Source: Podarcis erhardii (Eukaryota). From it: a stretch of DNA of 61,777 nt. Below the pieces are notes generated by a model that saw only the letters and a program-made list of their open reading frames with translations, did not search any database and was not told the DNA's origin. Shown here piece after piece: positions 24,458 to 38,693 of this stretch. Within the stretch, counting starts at the first letter, position 1; each line of letters begins with the position of its first letter. Location of the stretch: the NCBI GenBank assembly GCA_964252035.1, contig CAXUOO010000178.1; one strand, written 5' to 3'. Made by a program: the position numbers and the translations under genes.

Positions 24458-26879
24458 CTCGTGAACAGAGAGAAAAAATTGAAGAGAACGTGTACTACCT
24501 GAAAACAGCGTAGTATCCTGCTTAGGATCGACATGCTCTCGTGCCGGTCAAAATGTGAAACAGATAGCGGCTGAGAAATCCAGATTTTACTGATCCTTCA
24601 AAGAATTAGCAGTTCAAGAAGACAAACAGTGCACTGTATTGTTGATAGGCTTTGGTGCTCTCAAATGGTGAAGTAAAAGTTGAAGATGGCTACGCAGAAC
24701 GACACGTCAATCAAAGCCAGGCTGCATTTTGACCGGCAATTTTTTTTGCGATATTGCTAGCCTGACAGCAAGACGAAGCGGAACAGAAGCCGTGATCCGT
24801 CAATTTCAAAAGTTTGATGCTTTCGCCTCTTAGTGCATAAGATGCAAAAGCCGCAGAAATTGTACAGTGCAAAAACCCACACTGGTCAACGTTCTTTAGC
24901 TTGGAACTTATACGTGTAGAGGCTTTTCCAGTGCTGATCAAATATACATATACAAGTATATTCATTTTTGTTATAAGGCAATGATATCAGAATGTGTACC
25001 ATTTTGATATGACACGGGAATAAGGTCTTGCGTTCCGTTAGAGGCTTTGTTCCATAGTGTTACGCATTCCGCAAGAGGGAGATTTCCTCTCATTTCCTCT
25101 CGCTCATATCGCTTATTCCGTGAGGACACCCTCAGTCCTATACGTGCACTATATCGCTGCTTTCAAATACAGCGTGGTAGGACAGCAAATTGCATTTGCC
25201 GCTGTAAAGGTACAAATCGGTTCAATATATTTTAGGCGAGCACCACGAGATTTTACAAATGTAGTTGCTGGTGCTCAGCGCGTCAGCAAGGTCCAAATGG
25301 TCTTTTTCAACTATCGATTATAGCGCAAAAGGATAGGGAAGGGAAACTCCGAACCGTGTATGCATATATGGTGGTCCTAAATCTGCGTGCTTCCCGCTGC
25401 AGTTTAGACAGAGTTACAATATGCATTGCTGCGTGGAAACGGCATGTTGCGTTTGGAACAAAGGACGTTCTACACTAAAAACAGCTGCAGCAGCTCATCA
25501 TGCGCCGCTAGCACACTAACAGACGTCGAATATCTGCTGTGGCTCGACAACGCATGCACTTGTACAGCTGTAAATCAGTTTGTTTACTTTACGCGTCTTG
25601 AAATGAGAAACAACTAATCGCAGAATAACACTTATTTACATTATGAATAGTCTTATGGAGAATCTACTATGTGCAAAGACTGTGAGTAGAGCGGTTCTAT
25701 GGCTGAATTTCAGCGTGGAATATACATGGGAAATGGGAGAACTACTCCGCCAGTGTTGCACAGCATGTGCAGGTAAACAACACCAACACCTGGAGAAAAC
25801 TAGTACCAGTGTCGCACAGCACGCGCAACTGAAGTTCCCCAGTTGTTATGGGAAGGTCAACGCAAATAAAGACAGCGCAGCCTCGAGAACAGAATCACTA
25901 TATTCTGAACCGCTGGCTACTTCCAAAGTTTTCGTTTTGAAGTCTAATATAAAGCATGATTTCTACAAAGACTACCTGTCATGGTTTTTGCTGTGAAGAG
26001 TGCTAAAACTTTCACTACATCAAGAAAAAGCGGTAAAAAATGTTTCAAACAACTGTGAGTACACAATTTCTAATTTGCAGTGTTAGCATCTGAGTCACAA
26101 TAGATCACGTTTTCTCGGCTTGAACCTGGAAACCAACAACTACTATATATATATATACTATATTGCAGCCAGGAAATCATAAAGTGACAGCGCTTCACCT
26201 GACTTGCCACATGCAACGAGTTTGCTAGAAATTATATGAATTCTTGTGCAAAATTGTTTCCAACGTAATCGCAAATTGAAGCGAACATCGTATGATCATA
26301 AAAATCCCTGCAAATTCGTGAAGCTTTTGCTTGCAGACTACTCATTGTCAAACTCAGCTGAATTCCTTCACAAATCACATATTCTCTTTTATGCGTAAAT
26401 ACGTATGGCTTCGTATACATGGCATATACCGGACACAAGTAGGTACAAATATATATATCTACCTACGTACATCCATATGCTATCCAAACCTCACTGCAAA
26501 CATCTTTGACAGCGTTTACAATTTTTAGAACTCCAGTGCGTAATTAATGAGTCCATTCGCGAAAATGTCAAAAGCAGGGAACCAGCTTTATATGGGTGAC
26601 CGTTTCTGCCTTAAGGTCTTCTCCGGCAGAGAAAGAACTCTCCTTCCCACACCTTTGAGTGAGATAAAACCCTCATGCTGTGTCCAACAGAGGAATCACG
26701 CAGCTGAGGGGTCAGCCTTCGCATACAGCTTCACACCACTGACCTCGGCAGCAACACGTGGAAATTCTATATATAAAACTGTGAGATGTCATGAAGCATC
26801 CTGCACTTCAAAGTTGAGTTAACATCCATATGTTGTTCTTCATATAGATCTTGCAAGACGAGACAAGTTCAATAAAATA

Positions 26880-29800
26880 GTACTTAAAAGTAAGAGACGT
26901 ACTCACCTACACAGCATATCTGAAGCGCCCCCGTCAAAACCCAAGGAGAATTCGGCTCGCATCCAGAAGGTCTGGATTATTGTTGTAGTCGTCGCCTGAA
27001 TTGTATATACCGTCGCTTGCATATGGCGGAACGTGTGCGAAGAAAGGTCGCATCAATGGGTTCTGTGGTATTGTCGCCGCGCAGGTGCCTCAGGATGGCC
27101 TATGTGATAGTAAAGTTGTAGAGCAAATCTTATAAACGTGAGTTTGAATTAGTTTATACATTCCCAGGTAAAATCACGGTTAGTAGTCCTGAATTAATCA
27201 AAGCTGTTGGATGCTGTGCAGCACTTGTTTTCGGTGGTAGGACAAAGAGTACGCTGACATACGCATCAGCCACGCCGAGGCATCAGAACACATGTAGTCA
27301 CCGAGTAATCTTTTTTGTTTGATTGTGCTGCAAAGGCGCTCATTCACTATAGCCCATTATGATATCACGCTGATCTGGCACCTAGGTGCTGTACGTGCGC
27401 CGACAGAATTTCAATAGACCGTCACTACTTTTACACATATAATACTGTCGCTTGGATTATATAACTCCATTAAAGCAATGCAATATTTGTATCGTTAAAC
27501 GCAAAGCTTTTCTTAGCCAGTGGAGAAAGACAAATTTAAAATGTGTTTTTTACACATTTTGGTAGCAGCCCCGTTTAAAAGCCAAGTACTGAAGCAAAGT
27601 AACAATGAATTGCTGGAGAGTTTAACTTTTCTCGTCTATTATCTGAAGTACGTTTCCTGTTAGAATTCAAGAGAGGAAGAAGAATATACTGTGCGAGAAT
27701 AAAGTACGAATCTTTCTGCAATGTGCTACGTTATTCTATGCATTGTGTGGCTGAACATATGCCATACTTTCTCTCTGCCATAAATCCAGAAGACTACGAA
27801 ATTGAAACTTCTTCCATTACCGCTACATTTCACATACTAGTTTCGTCTCTCGATCAACAGAGGATACGCACGTCTGTGTAAAACACCCATCCATTTGCAT
27901 CAGCAAAGTACAGCAATAAAGAGGCTATCAGCAACTTGTATCGTGGACAAACATTTAACTTAGAAATCTGACTTTTTTCATAGAACGATACCACCTCTTC
28001 CTGCTACCCGTCATAGAATGCGCAGGAAGTAAATTGATTACGCTACGGCGACATAGCTGCTGCTGTTCTCTCGACCCTTTGACTGCGCAGACATGAATAG
28101 TAGGCTTTATCCTATTAGCAAAAAAAGACAATAATGTTCGAACAAACGTGAAAAGGAGTATGATACTGCCGTTCTTGCGAAGTACCTCACGTACTGAAAC
28201 CTCGGTATGATTAGCAGGCGAGCATTACGTACTTGCGAATACTCTTAATTGGAGTGTCAGAGAAGATGGTAGTAGAAAGCTGGACGAGGGATTAAGGACG
28301 AGTCTCGCAAATTGATGCTTATATTTATATATACATATATATTTGACTCGCCGCACAGGAAGACAGTCCTGACTGTGCCGGTCGCTCGTCATCCGGTCGG
28401 TCAAAATGTTCAATCAAATCAAGATAGAGCTGACAGCGACCAGGCTCCCTCAGTTGCATATACAGTTATGCAATTATAAGGAGTAAATATACTACGTTTC
28501 CAATGATTTCTGCTTTTATGAGCTGGTTGATACAATCTGAAAACGCTGCGTTCCCAGCAATTACTGAATTTTTGAAAGATTTGATGCTTGGCAATAATGG
28601 TTTTACGGCGCACGGGAAAGAATTCGTAATGATCAAAAGTCACAGCCTGCTGGATTCTGAAGACTTCTCTTCTTGAAGTTCCCACCAAAGAATGGCGAAA
28701 CAAAGAAATATTTTTGCCGATCAATAAGCAAACGGTGAAAAATTATTGCTATTGGACTTCGCTTGTAGAGTCATTCCATTTATCATCCCGTTTTGAGTAC
28801 TATTCTTCGTCAGTTTTCCTAGTAAGACGAAAAGCAATGGTTGTTTTCAAATTCGAGTTGTTCATAGCTCCCCAGCTTATATTTTCTTATATACTAAAGC
28901 GCCGTCGAATGAATCAAAATCTACGATATATCGCTCATTAACATTATTGCGTTTGGGATGGTAACGCGAACTGCTTGTCGCAGTCAAACTCTTACATTTT
29001 TTTTTTGCAAACATCAGCTTCAACGAGGAACAAAAAGCTTGCTACGCATTTTGCGACTCTTTTGTATGCACCTGCGCTGTTCCCAAAACGCCTAAGCAAG
29101 AGATACGCACGGTATTGAGGGAGCGGCCAAGTCTACAGTACACCGTTTCAGCCATTCATTTCTCCATTTGAGTTGTTATAACGAGTCATGTTCTTCCTTG
29201 CTTTGATCTCTCTACTGTGCGTTTGTCCGTGTGCAGTCGATGCTTGGATACCGAGCTTGTATGAGTACTATATGTTGTCTGTGTGATAGTAGTCACCCAG
29301 CGATCCCCATTTAGACCACATGGCAAACACTATGCAAGATCAACTGTAGGTGTGTATATACCGCGTATTCGAGATATACACACTTGTAAAAGAGTCTCTG
29401 CGGAGGAAAAATTGTACACGTATACCATTATTTTTAGCTTGTCTAAGTATAAATATGGAGACAAATGCCTACTGTATAACTGTTCTAAAGTGAATAACCT
29501 GTAGCCTGCAGGAAAACTCAAAAACGCAGTTGTGTCAAGGCAACGCTTGGCGGTATCCCATTAGAATCTAGATTTCAACTCCATCACCCTGGAGTCCTTC
29601 GACAGGCAATCTCTTACTCGCAACGAGTAAACCCTTTGAGTTTATATTTTGGACAAAGTGCAGCTTCCATGCCTTTAAACCTTGAGTACATGACTTCTAA
29701 TATGCTGCATCGAATTATTTTGCACAACCGTCTTACCTGCGTATGTTTACATACATGTGTAATTTGTTCTGCAGGGGCACTCATAAAGAACTGTGTGTGT

Positions 29801-32700
29801 GCTAGGATGTACGTTTTCCAAAGTACGCTAAGGGCTGTAACTCTAATGCAACTGTTTCTAAAGGCGGAACATTTCAGAGACTTCCCTCTACTATGACGTC
29901 TGCCTTAATAATATATACTACACACAAAGATGTAGTACAGTGTCTAGTGTGTTTCAAAACGTTCCTTGGTATTCGGCATTACTCAAATGATATAGATTGA
30001 ATGCAGGAGAAAATATACGACATAATGCCAATGATTCAACGTCTTCTGCAATCCACGTCAACACCCAAAACAGTTAACCTGGCATCCGATTAACAGGACA
30101 TGACCTAGACCTACATATGTACATGAATGAAGTAATGATGTATCACTAAGGGCTTGCGGCCGACAGTGTAGACAAGTCTTCTTTTAACTAATTGCTAACA
30201 TTTCAATCTAGGCATGGTGCTCAAAAGAGACTTCATCCGCACAAACTGTCTAAGTCAGAACTTTTATAAGTCAACACCATGGCGACGGTAGCAGGAGCTG
30301 AGTAATATGAAAGCCAACTCATAGAAGAAAAAACCTTACACCCGTTATCATCGTGATTCATAGAATGAAACACAATTATCCTGAGTAATTTCTTCATTCA
30401 TTTGCTAGCGTTACGTAATCAAGCTTTTCTGATCATGACGTGTGTACGATAATGAACAGCAATACCACCACCGCTAATATATATGTGCATTTGGGCACAC
30501 CACAAGTGAGCTGGAAGAACACTCTTTGCTCAGATATTTGAGATTGATATGAGTCTACCTACAGTCATACGATTGTCTCACATGCCAATCATTTCTTTGA
30601 CTCGTGCCGCACATGGCACGCTTTCTTGGCGTATTTCTTTTTTTCAGCAACTTTTGTCAGTTGATTTTTTCAAAATTGTGACTGGCAAAATGGCCAAAAG
30701 CTGTGATAGTTGTAGAATTTTGTTATTTAGAACCTGATCGCCTACTAGACAAGGCATGTGTTGATATCAGTGGGCTCTGCCTGATGACGTTCGAGAAACT
30801 GGAAGTCGGATTTTTCTCAAAACTGCAAATACGCAAGGACTTGGCGTATTAGTTGGAGTGATGTAGAACTGAGCCTATCAGTCTTACACAAATCGAGAAT
30901 CTCTGGAACTTGACATCACAGTTAAAGTATCCTAAAAGTTTGGGGGTTTTTTGACTCATGCATTGTTGTCTTTCCCTAGATTGCTGTCCCGCGCCTGAGT
31001 GTCATTGGCCACCAGCTGTACAAGGTACTACTTACAAGGACAATTACACCGTCACAGTATCAATGACGTTCGATTCAAAAGATTTCATTGGGAAGAGTCT
31101 GAAAAAGATACGGAGTCGTCGAGGAACCTGCGAAAAGTGAATGTATCTTACCTGGCAGTGTCCGCCGTGGTTGGTATTTTCACAAACTGGAGAAGCCTCA
31201 CAACTGAACTGAAAGATAAGAACGTCTGAGCTGGTACGCATAGATATACCACGTAAGCAATACGAAGCGTGCATTATGAGGTGAGCTACGGTATATTTCT
31301 GCATACCCTCATATTATATATATTGTAACTCCGCGAGTCAGTGCTTGTATCATATCATTCAGAGGCACGGTGGTCATTTATTTTGCGACAGCTTAGCATG
31401 GATCCTTCACTGCAGTCCGCGAAAGACACCACATCAACGTCTGCAAGACTGGTGGAATTGCTTCAAAACGGAAAAAATGATCTCTACAATTTTTCTACCT
31501 TATGGTCTACGAACATCATAGGGGCGCACCGTGAACGCTGTAGAAATTTAGAATTGGTAATTTCGCTTAGATTCGTTCTGGACTCCTTCGTTCGAGGTTT
31601 GGCTTGGCAAAACTGGTAGTTTTGCTGGGGATCGTCTTTACCTCCGTCGTTCAAAGCCTCACATATATGCCTAGTGCGAAACATAGATTAGCTTTTTATC
31701 GGAAAAAAAATTTCAAGATGCAGCAAATTTGTATGAGAAGAAGCGCAGCGCACTATAAATCCTCAACAGAAAAGTATACCCCTCATCTAATCCGCCCAAT
31801 TTTCCAGGAGAGTATAAAGGAAAAAATACGATCTGTGTACACAGTACGTCCTTCTCTCGAAGCACACGCCCTACCTGTAAAAGATGCGCTTCTGGGACGC
31901 ACTTCGAAGTAACAAAAAAAAGCTTCTCACGTAGCTTTCAATCTTCTACTTCAGGGAGACTGGGATTTCACATGTTGGACTGTCTTCCAAAACATAAGCG
32001 CGCATCGGAATACATACGTCAACATATTCTACGCTCCCTGAAGGATAGAGAGCAGGCGGTGCAGTCAGAATCTTCTCACAAACTGATGGAAGTACCTCCA
32101 GTCTAATTTGGAATTGATTTACAGACTTTGACGTTCTTTGTGGATAGTCGTCAATTTACACGCATTCCCGCCGAGAGTGTAAATGTACCAATAACAGTTT
32201 TCATGTTTGTTTAAAGCGAATCGAAATGAGCGCAACTCCTGGGAGCATGACGCTGTCGGAATTTCAGTACGTGGCCTTCTTCTATATCGGGCTCATTTTT
32301 CTCTCTTTATACTGTGCGAATCCCCACGTTTGCCCTGAGCACCTGTCCGGATATTACTGGCACGGTTTATATGTTAGTGAGTCTTCTCACTGTTTCCGCG
32401 GCCTTTATCTTGACAGCCCTTCCAATCCCTCAAAGTGTTTTTTCTAGCTAATTTGATCTTTCCTGTGGTTTCCGCTGGCAGTAGAGCTAAACGTTGCATA
32501 CACATCTTTTCTCTGTCACTAGAGTGCAGCTTCTACTCGAAACCTTCCACATGTTCCGTGAGAGTTACTACTTGCGCAACATTCCAGATTCTTCTCTTCG
32601 TTTCCACCTTGTCAATATTCGAAGAACTCTGTGTGAAAATAACCCGCACAAGATTTTCAGGCGTGTTACATCTACAGACACATGATATGCCGATCCTCAA
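26880..32700. other. Unique spacer between the duplicated units containing exon-like segments (probable multi-exon gene, unresolved)
   Basis: A phase-compatible minus-strand pair (LKAWKLHFVQNINSKGLLVA|GTAAGA ... ttttcctgcag|SYRLFTLEQLYSRHLSPYLYLDKLKIM, ~29680-29425) and a strong minus donor at ~26906. Plus-strand candidates also exist (e.g. ISAFMSWLIQSENAAFPAITEFLKDLMLG ~28505-28595). No family recognised. Confidence 0.3.
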
Positions 32701-33928
32701 ATCCCCACATAAGCACGCATACACAGCATGATGCAGATGTTATGCATCTATACGTACATATATATATATATACATATATATATGCGTAAGTATATGAGTA
32801 TGTAGCCTATGTTGGCTGACAGACAACTTGTTCATCTATATATATGTGAGACCCTACATTAAGATGATTTACGAGTAGTCTTCGCAATTACATGAATGTA
32901 AACAAAATGACGTATCAAGGACACAGACTGCACCGCAGATGCCTTTGGATCCCCACAACTCCATACTTAGTCATTTTGACTGGTACGAAACTATGTGCAA
33001 GTATACACATTTTTCAAGGATACATATTTTTCTGAGTTTATGTCGTTTTTACATTCTGTACGAAAAGGAAACGCAGCATATACTCAAATTTGCATCGAGG
33101 CCTGTAGTGCAATGGTATGGCGAGTTCGTTGGCAAGTAGAGTGTGGCATGCGAGAAAATAGCCAATATCAGAACAGTCTTATAAGGCCACAACTGTTTGG
33201 AGCAGCACATGCAGCATAGGAGGAAGCGCACAGGCTCTTAGCGACTGCAGCAGTAACAGCGGCCAAACACCACCGAGCCACTCGTGCAACAGCAGCATGA
33301 ATGACGAGTGCCGCAGAACAAAGGGCACGAGCAGGAGCAGGTTGCAAATGTTAACGGCTGATAGTCAGCTTTAGAAGTTCTAAAATGGAAAAGCTACAAC
33401 CCATATATATTGTGCTTTCCTCTTGAAGTGACCCATCTGAAGCGCTAGTAGCAAAGGTGAAGGACTGTAGCATAGCTATAATACAAAAAAGTTGACTTTG
33501 GGATAATCAGTGCACACCATAGCCGCAAAATGACTTAGAGAATAGCTAACAGCATCACGTAGGAGATGGGTTGTTTCTTCGAAAAGATTTCACACACATA
33601 AGCGACAGCAACAGCAGTTAGAGCGCAACATCGTAAACCTACACCCTTAAGTAAAAGGATTGCAAAGCACACATCGTGAGACAGAAAAAGAAGCCGCACG
33701 AGCAGTAGGGCTTGAGTCGAAACACTTGTTACAGCAGACAACAGGCGCAACAGCAACACAGTGTTTGAGATTGCCTGCATTGTCGCACAAACGGGCATAA
33801 AGCAGTCCTTGGCTTCACTTACCGATATAAAATCGACAAAATGTGTCTACCGAACAAGATGATTGAAGCTTTGAATTAGCAGCAGAATAAGTGGTAACTG
33901 TGACGTAGACCACAAGATTTTCAAATAG

Positions 33929-34139
33929 GATAAAGCTTTCAAATTAGCCGCAGAACCAATGGTAACACTGTCATACACACAAAAAGCTATCTGAAAATGT
34001 TCTCTAACCTTAAAATGCAAATTTAGCATAGTTAAAAATGATAAAGCTCTGAAACTAGCCGCAGAACCAGTGGTTACACTGGCATACACAAAAAGCTATT
34101 TACAAATGTTTTCTAACCTCAAAATACGAATTCAGCACA
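33929..34139. repeat. Imperfect tandem repeat, period 111 bp x2 (copy B only)
   Basis: gataaagct...tagccgcagaacca.tggt.acactg.catacac...aaaagctat at 33929 and 34040. Confidence 0.9.
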
Positions 34140-37100
34140 TGGCCCGATGTGGTAGATCAGCACAGCAGCAAAAAACGCTCCGCATCATCTGAGCAACCGA
34201 CCGAAAGCCACTGGAGCAGAAGCACGTACAGCGTCGCTTACTGGCGCAGCCGAGGCCGTGTGCTGCTGGTGTGTCGCAGCTGTTTCTACACTGGTAGTCC
34301 AGCCGATAAGCTGAAGCTTCTGCGTAATTAGTCAGCAGAAGGTGTCGCAGTTGCTGCCCCACGTTACAACAGGTGTTCACTAGACGTACATGCTTATGCC
34401 TTTCCTATTGCTACAGCAGCCAGGACCCCAAATTGGACGTAGGAAAAGAAGTGGTGATGTTTCAGGTTTCTGCCCTCAGCTGGGCCCATCAGTGGTATTG
34501 CGAGAAGGAGAAGTGCTACAAGCTAATTGACTCAGCAGAGATGTGACCAAGAGCTCGAAGAGTAGCAGCTATTGAGTGAATGAAAATGGATGTGGGGTGA
34601 TGCGGTTAGGGAAAGCGACTGGCGAGGAAAATACGCTAAAGAAGACAGCAAGGACTAATTGAAAGTGGAAAGAGTATGGTGTGATGAACAAAACAATACA
34701 GCCGCTAACGGAGGGAGGGGAGAGAACAGTTGAGGCGGAATAGCTGAAATCATCGAAGAAAAGGCTAGGAAAAAAGTAAACTGACCACGAGGGCGTTGAG
34801 AGAAAGAGATCCACAAGGGAGAGGGACAAGAAAGGCGCGAATACTCCAAAGTGAATTGAAAAAGGCAAGAAATGGAGTAGAAGCGGAGGTTGGAATGCTG
34901 TATTGCATTAAGGGCTCCTGAAGGCTCTGTACGCCAATGCACGAGGCTGCCGCGAAAAAGAGAAGCAGCCTTCGTGGCTGCATCTCCTATGATAAACAGG
35001 AGAAGAGGACAGGTCTTATAAAAAGTACTATAATACGAAAATATAATATCAAATACGGGAAGCCAGTATCATCAAAAAGCTGACACAAAAGAGAATGAAC
35101 TAAAGTCGCTTCCAAATCAAAGCGGTCTTGGAAACCTCACTGCCGCGGATTTTTTTAAAAAAGGACTTTGAACTCAAAAAATATTCCAAATAAATGCAGA
35201 GTTCGAGAAGGAAAACGAAGAGGGATTGAGAAAGATTCGGAATTGGACGGGCGAAGACTCTATTGCGTATAAAATGTACTGTGGTTTCCTCCAATGAATA
35301 AAAATTTCTCTACTGGACGCGTTTGCGTGTGTGTCTAATGCGCGAAACCTGCGGTACCACTAGATCAGTACATCGTGTTGCCATGGCTGCCATGATTCTC
35401 GCGCTGTTGCTCCTTCAAGTCAATTGTTGCTGCTTTAGTGTCTTTTTTTGTGATGCAGCAGCCGCTGTTGCCACTGTCAAGCTTGGGCAGTTGACGGCTG
35501 TGTTTACACATCTCTTATTGGTGACGTTATTCCTACCAATGCTCAAACTTGTTTTGCTGTGCCTGCCGTTCGCTGCTGCTACAGCTGTATAGACATCCGC
35601 AGTAGAAGGCAGCTATTAGTACAGCAGCAACGACTAAACTGGCAACAGAGGAAGACCGTATGGAAAACTGCTTTTGTATGCGCGTCAACCGGCGAGGTTT
35701 ATATTTTACAGTATTGATGTTGTTGCTGTTGGCTGGATTTTTAATGAGGCAGTTCTAGGCTACAGCTGCTGCCGTGACTCTGTCTCTAATCAATATCTAT
35801 CTACTTGAAATTGTTGCCCGAAGCAGTTGAAAGTGGCCGAACGTGATTTAGAGTTCTGCTCACATACTGCCCGGTGCTGCCTGTGTTGGAAACTCCACAC
35901 CTCCCTCCGGCTACCTACATAAAGCTATGCTATTGGCTGGCTGCACGTAGGCATCGTTCCGACCGCCGGTCTGGCCGTATCTACACAGCAGCCGACTACG
36001 CTTTAGAGGGCCGAGGGGAATTAGAACCCATGAAGGCCAGCAACTGGCACTCAGGGCGAAAAGGTAAGTTTATGATGGCAAGAAGCCGCTAACTCTTTTC
36101 CTGTTGGTTTGACAGGTTGAAAGGGTGTGTTCCGTTTTTTGATCTGTCATTCGTACCAACTGGGACTGCGGAAGAATCCTCGGCTCCGCGCACCGCTGAG
36201 CGAGTCGGTCAACATATTGACTGAGGTATTTTGATAATTTGATTTTCATTTTTTCTCCTCTTTAGCATACGATCTGTCGACTGTGTAGGATTTGGGTTAG
36301 AATAAATGAAGTGAATAAAATAGAGCGGTAGTTTTAATTTATATGAAAGCTCATGCAGAGGCTTTGCAGCACATTTTGAGTGAAAAAGTGCTAGTTCCAT
36401 AGAACCGGAGAAGACAATATGGCTATCTTGATCTAGTTCTGCATATTTCTTCGTCAAGGTCAGATATTCTTGTTTTTCTTCGTAAGCAATCGACCGCATA
36501 ATCCTTGTCTAGTCCAAGGAATAAACAGTACTGCCGAATGTATTAACTTATATGTGTTTGTGCGTTCATACAGAAAAACAAGGGCTGAAATCTTCGTCAT
36601 ACGCTGTAACGTTTGCTGTACAGGATAGTGGAGCTTGTCTTAACTCTAATTAGCACGTATTCCGTTGAAAAAGCGACGACAGCGTCTGAAAAACCAGCTC
36701 TGATTTTTCAGCCGCTGCGGCATCCTTTTTACTGTGCCTACACTTCCTTCGTATACCGCACCGATATTGTAGTAGATAATTTGACAAAATAAATGATAAA
36801 AATCCAGATTACTTCCCTATTTGAAATCTCTTAGGTTGTCTAGAGCACTTCTATTGCGGTCCGCTTAGTTACCCATCAAATCTGCTAGTCGGTTTCCGAA
36901 GGAAAGTATACGCTTACGCAGAGTCAGTTTCATAAAAGTGAAAAAAGTACTGTCGGATAAAGTGGATGCATTTAATTAGATGTGTGGTTATGCGTTCACA
37001 CAGTGTTATTCACATATGGAACGCCGGCAGTTCAATTGTTCAGCTTCATAATCACATGTTACTTGTTTTATATTGTTTGCTCATTCGACAGCATTGTTTG

Positions 37101-38221
37101 AGTGAAGGTACCTAAGAAGCTATGAAATAGAAGATCGAATAAAGCTTGCAGGCTGAAGTTGTCATGAACGCATTTTTGAAGGCGATATGAGCCAGACATT
37201 TGCTGTCCCTTTACTGCGTCCTCCAGTTCCGTCTTTCTTACAGTCGTCCTGCTTGAAAACGGTTCTTCTTTGCTATTTGTGGTTGGTTACCCTCTTAGTA
37301 ATTTTTAATGGACCGTGTCTACAAGCAAATTGCACCTTTGATCCTTGAATACGCGTAGGTGAGTTGTAATGGTCGGAATTTTGCTGTATAAAATACCGTC
37401 GTTTCATACCTTTTTCCACTTGCAATCTGTTTGGGTGTCTGTTTTTGACTCCTTCTCTTCTTGTGTATTTTCTGGTTTTTATAGGACGTGTTTCATCTAT
37501 ACGTCTATTAATCGGTTTTTCAAAGTCTCTTTCGCCATGGCTGACTCACAGCTTCATCCACTGTGTGCCTCTTCTCCTTCTTGTTTTAGGCTGGTGTCCG
37601 TTTTCCGGGATGCCTTGATTCCTTCAATGAGGTTTTACGCCCCCTTCCCACCCGCAATGGGTTTTTCCGTGTTCCCCTGCCCCCAGTACTGCCGTCTTTT
37701 TGTACCAAGTATAATTGTATACAAAAGTTGTTTGATTGTCCGCTTTGCGGCTGCGATTGTGCGCTCCCGTCGTTATGTGGTGGCAGTGGATGTGCTGTCG
37801 CTATCGCTGTTTAATTTTATCTTTCCGCAACTTCTTTGCGGGTCAATCTCGATGTTATGCTCTAATAGTTTTTCCTCTGGCCGCTTTTATGCCACAGGCA
37901 GCGAGAACACGCAGAAAATAACGTCTCCTTCTAGCACGTTGTGCTCATTGAATTCTGTGAACTACCGCTCGCTTAGGCACGTGCATGGTGAGCAGGGCTT
38001 TTTGACCCACTTTTGATTTTCTTTTTAGTCGCCCGTTCACATATGTATACTTCAACTTGAACCTCTTTTATAGAAACTTCAGATATAGCATCAACAACGA
38101 GTACTCGCTAGGTTACATGTCACATCACACACATGTCTATTGAGATATCGATGTATAGAAAGCGAGCGTACAGTTCATATGTATTTTTACGTAAAAGCAA
38201 GCTCCTGTTTTTATTCAAAAC

Positions 38222-38322
38222 ATATATATATATATATATATATATGTATAAACATATATATGTATGTCTGTTCATGCGTAAACGTAATGCATATGTAAAT
38301 GTATATATATATATATATATAT
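38222..38322. repeat. Two (TA)n microsatellites upstream of the copy B gene
   Basis: Read directly from the sequence (38222-38245 and ~38302-38322). Confidence 0.9.
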
Positions 38323-38693
38323 ACGTATATATGTTCACCTCTCAGCGTAGTATATCTTATGAGACATACCCAAACTCTACGGCGGCACCATAGACACCAG
38401 CAGCAGAGTGCTGCAACTGCAGTATAAAGGAATCGTATGTTTTGCTAGTGTATCTGTACAGACCAGTTTCGAAATCGCAGCTACATTCTCTCAAGAGCGT
38501 ACGCTGATGCTGCTGCTTTTTTTGGTGCATATACTGGCAGGTATTTGGAAGCAAGAGCCACGGCGACACATTCAAATGTTGCAATTGCGGCTACGGTAAC
38601 TTGAACTGTGACTCCAACAGCACAACATTCTCTTGGTGCATCAAATACAGCAACATCAACTTTGGCAAGTTGAGATTAGAGGTACTATTGAAA

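Larger units (their letters stand above)
12780..25985 (+). repeat. Segmental direct duplication, copy A (~13.2 kb)
   Basis: Collinear with 33230-46675, offset ~20.5 kb (20478 in the central block). Shared anchors include acacatcgtgagaca (~13290/33670), ttccgaccgccgg (~15466/35956) and ATGAGGCAG (18255/38694), plus near-identity over 20447-23640. The boundaries are approximate. Confidence 0.93.

Noticed and set aside
24715-24830. FFCDIASLT...QKFDAF resembling a nucleotide cyclase motif
   Set aside because: The D-to-FD spacing is 6 residues short, there is no further cyclase sequence, and it has no clear splice connection.
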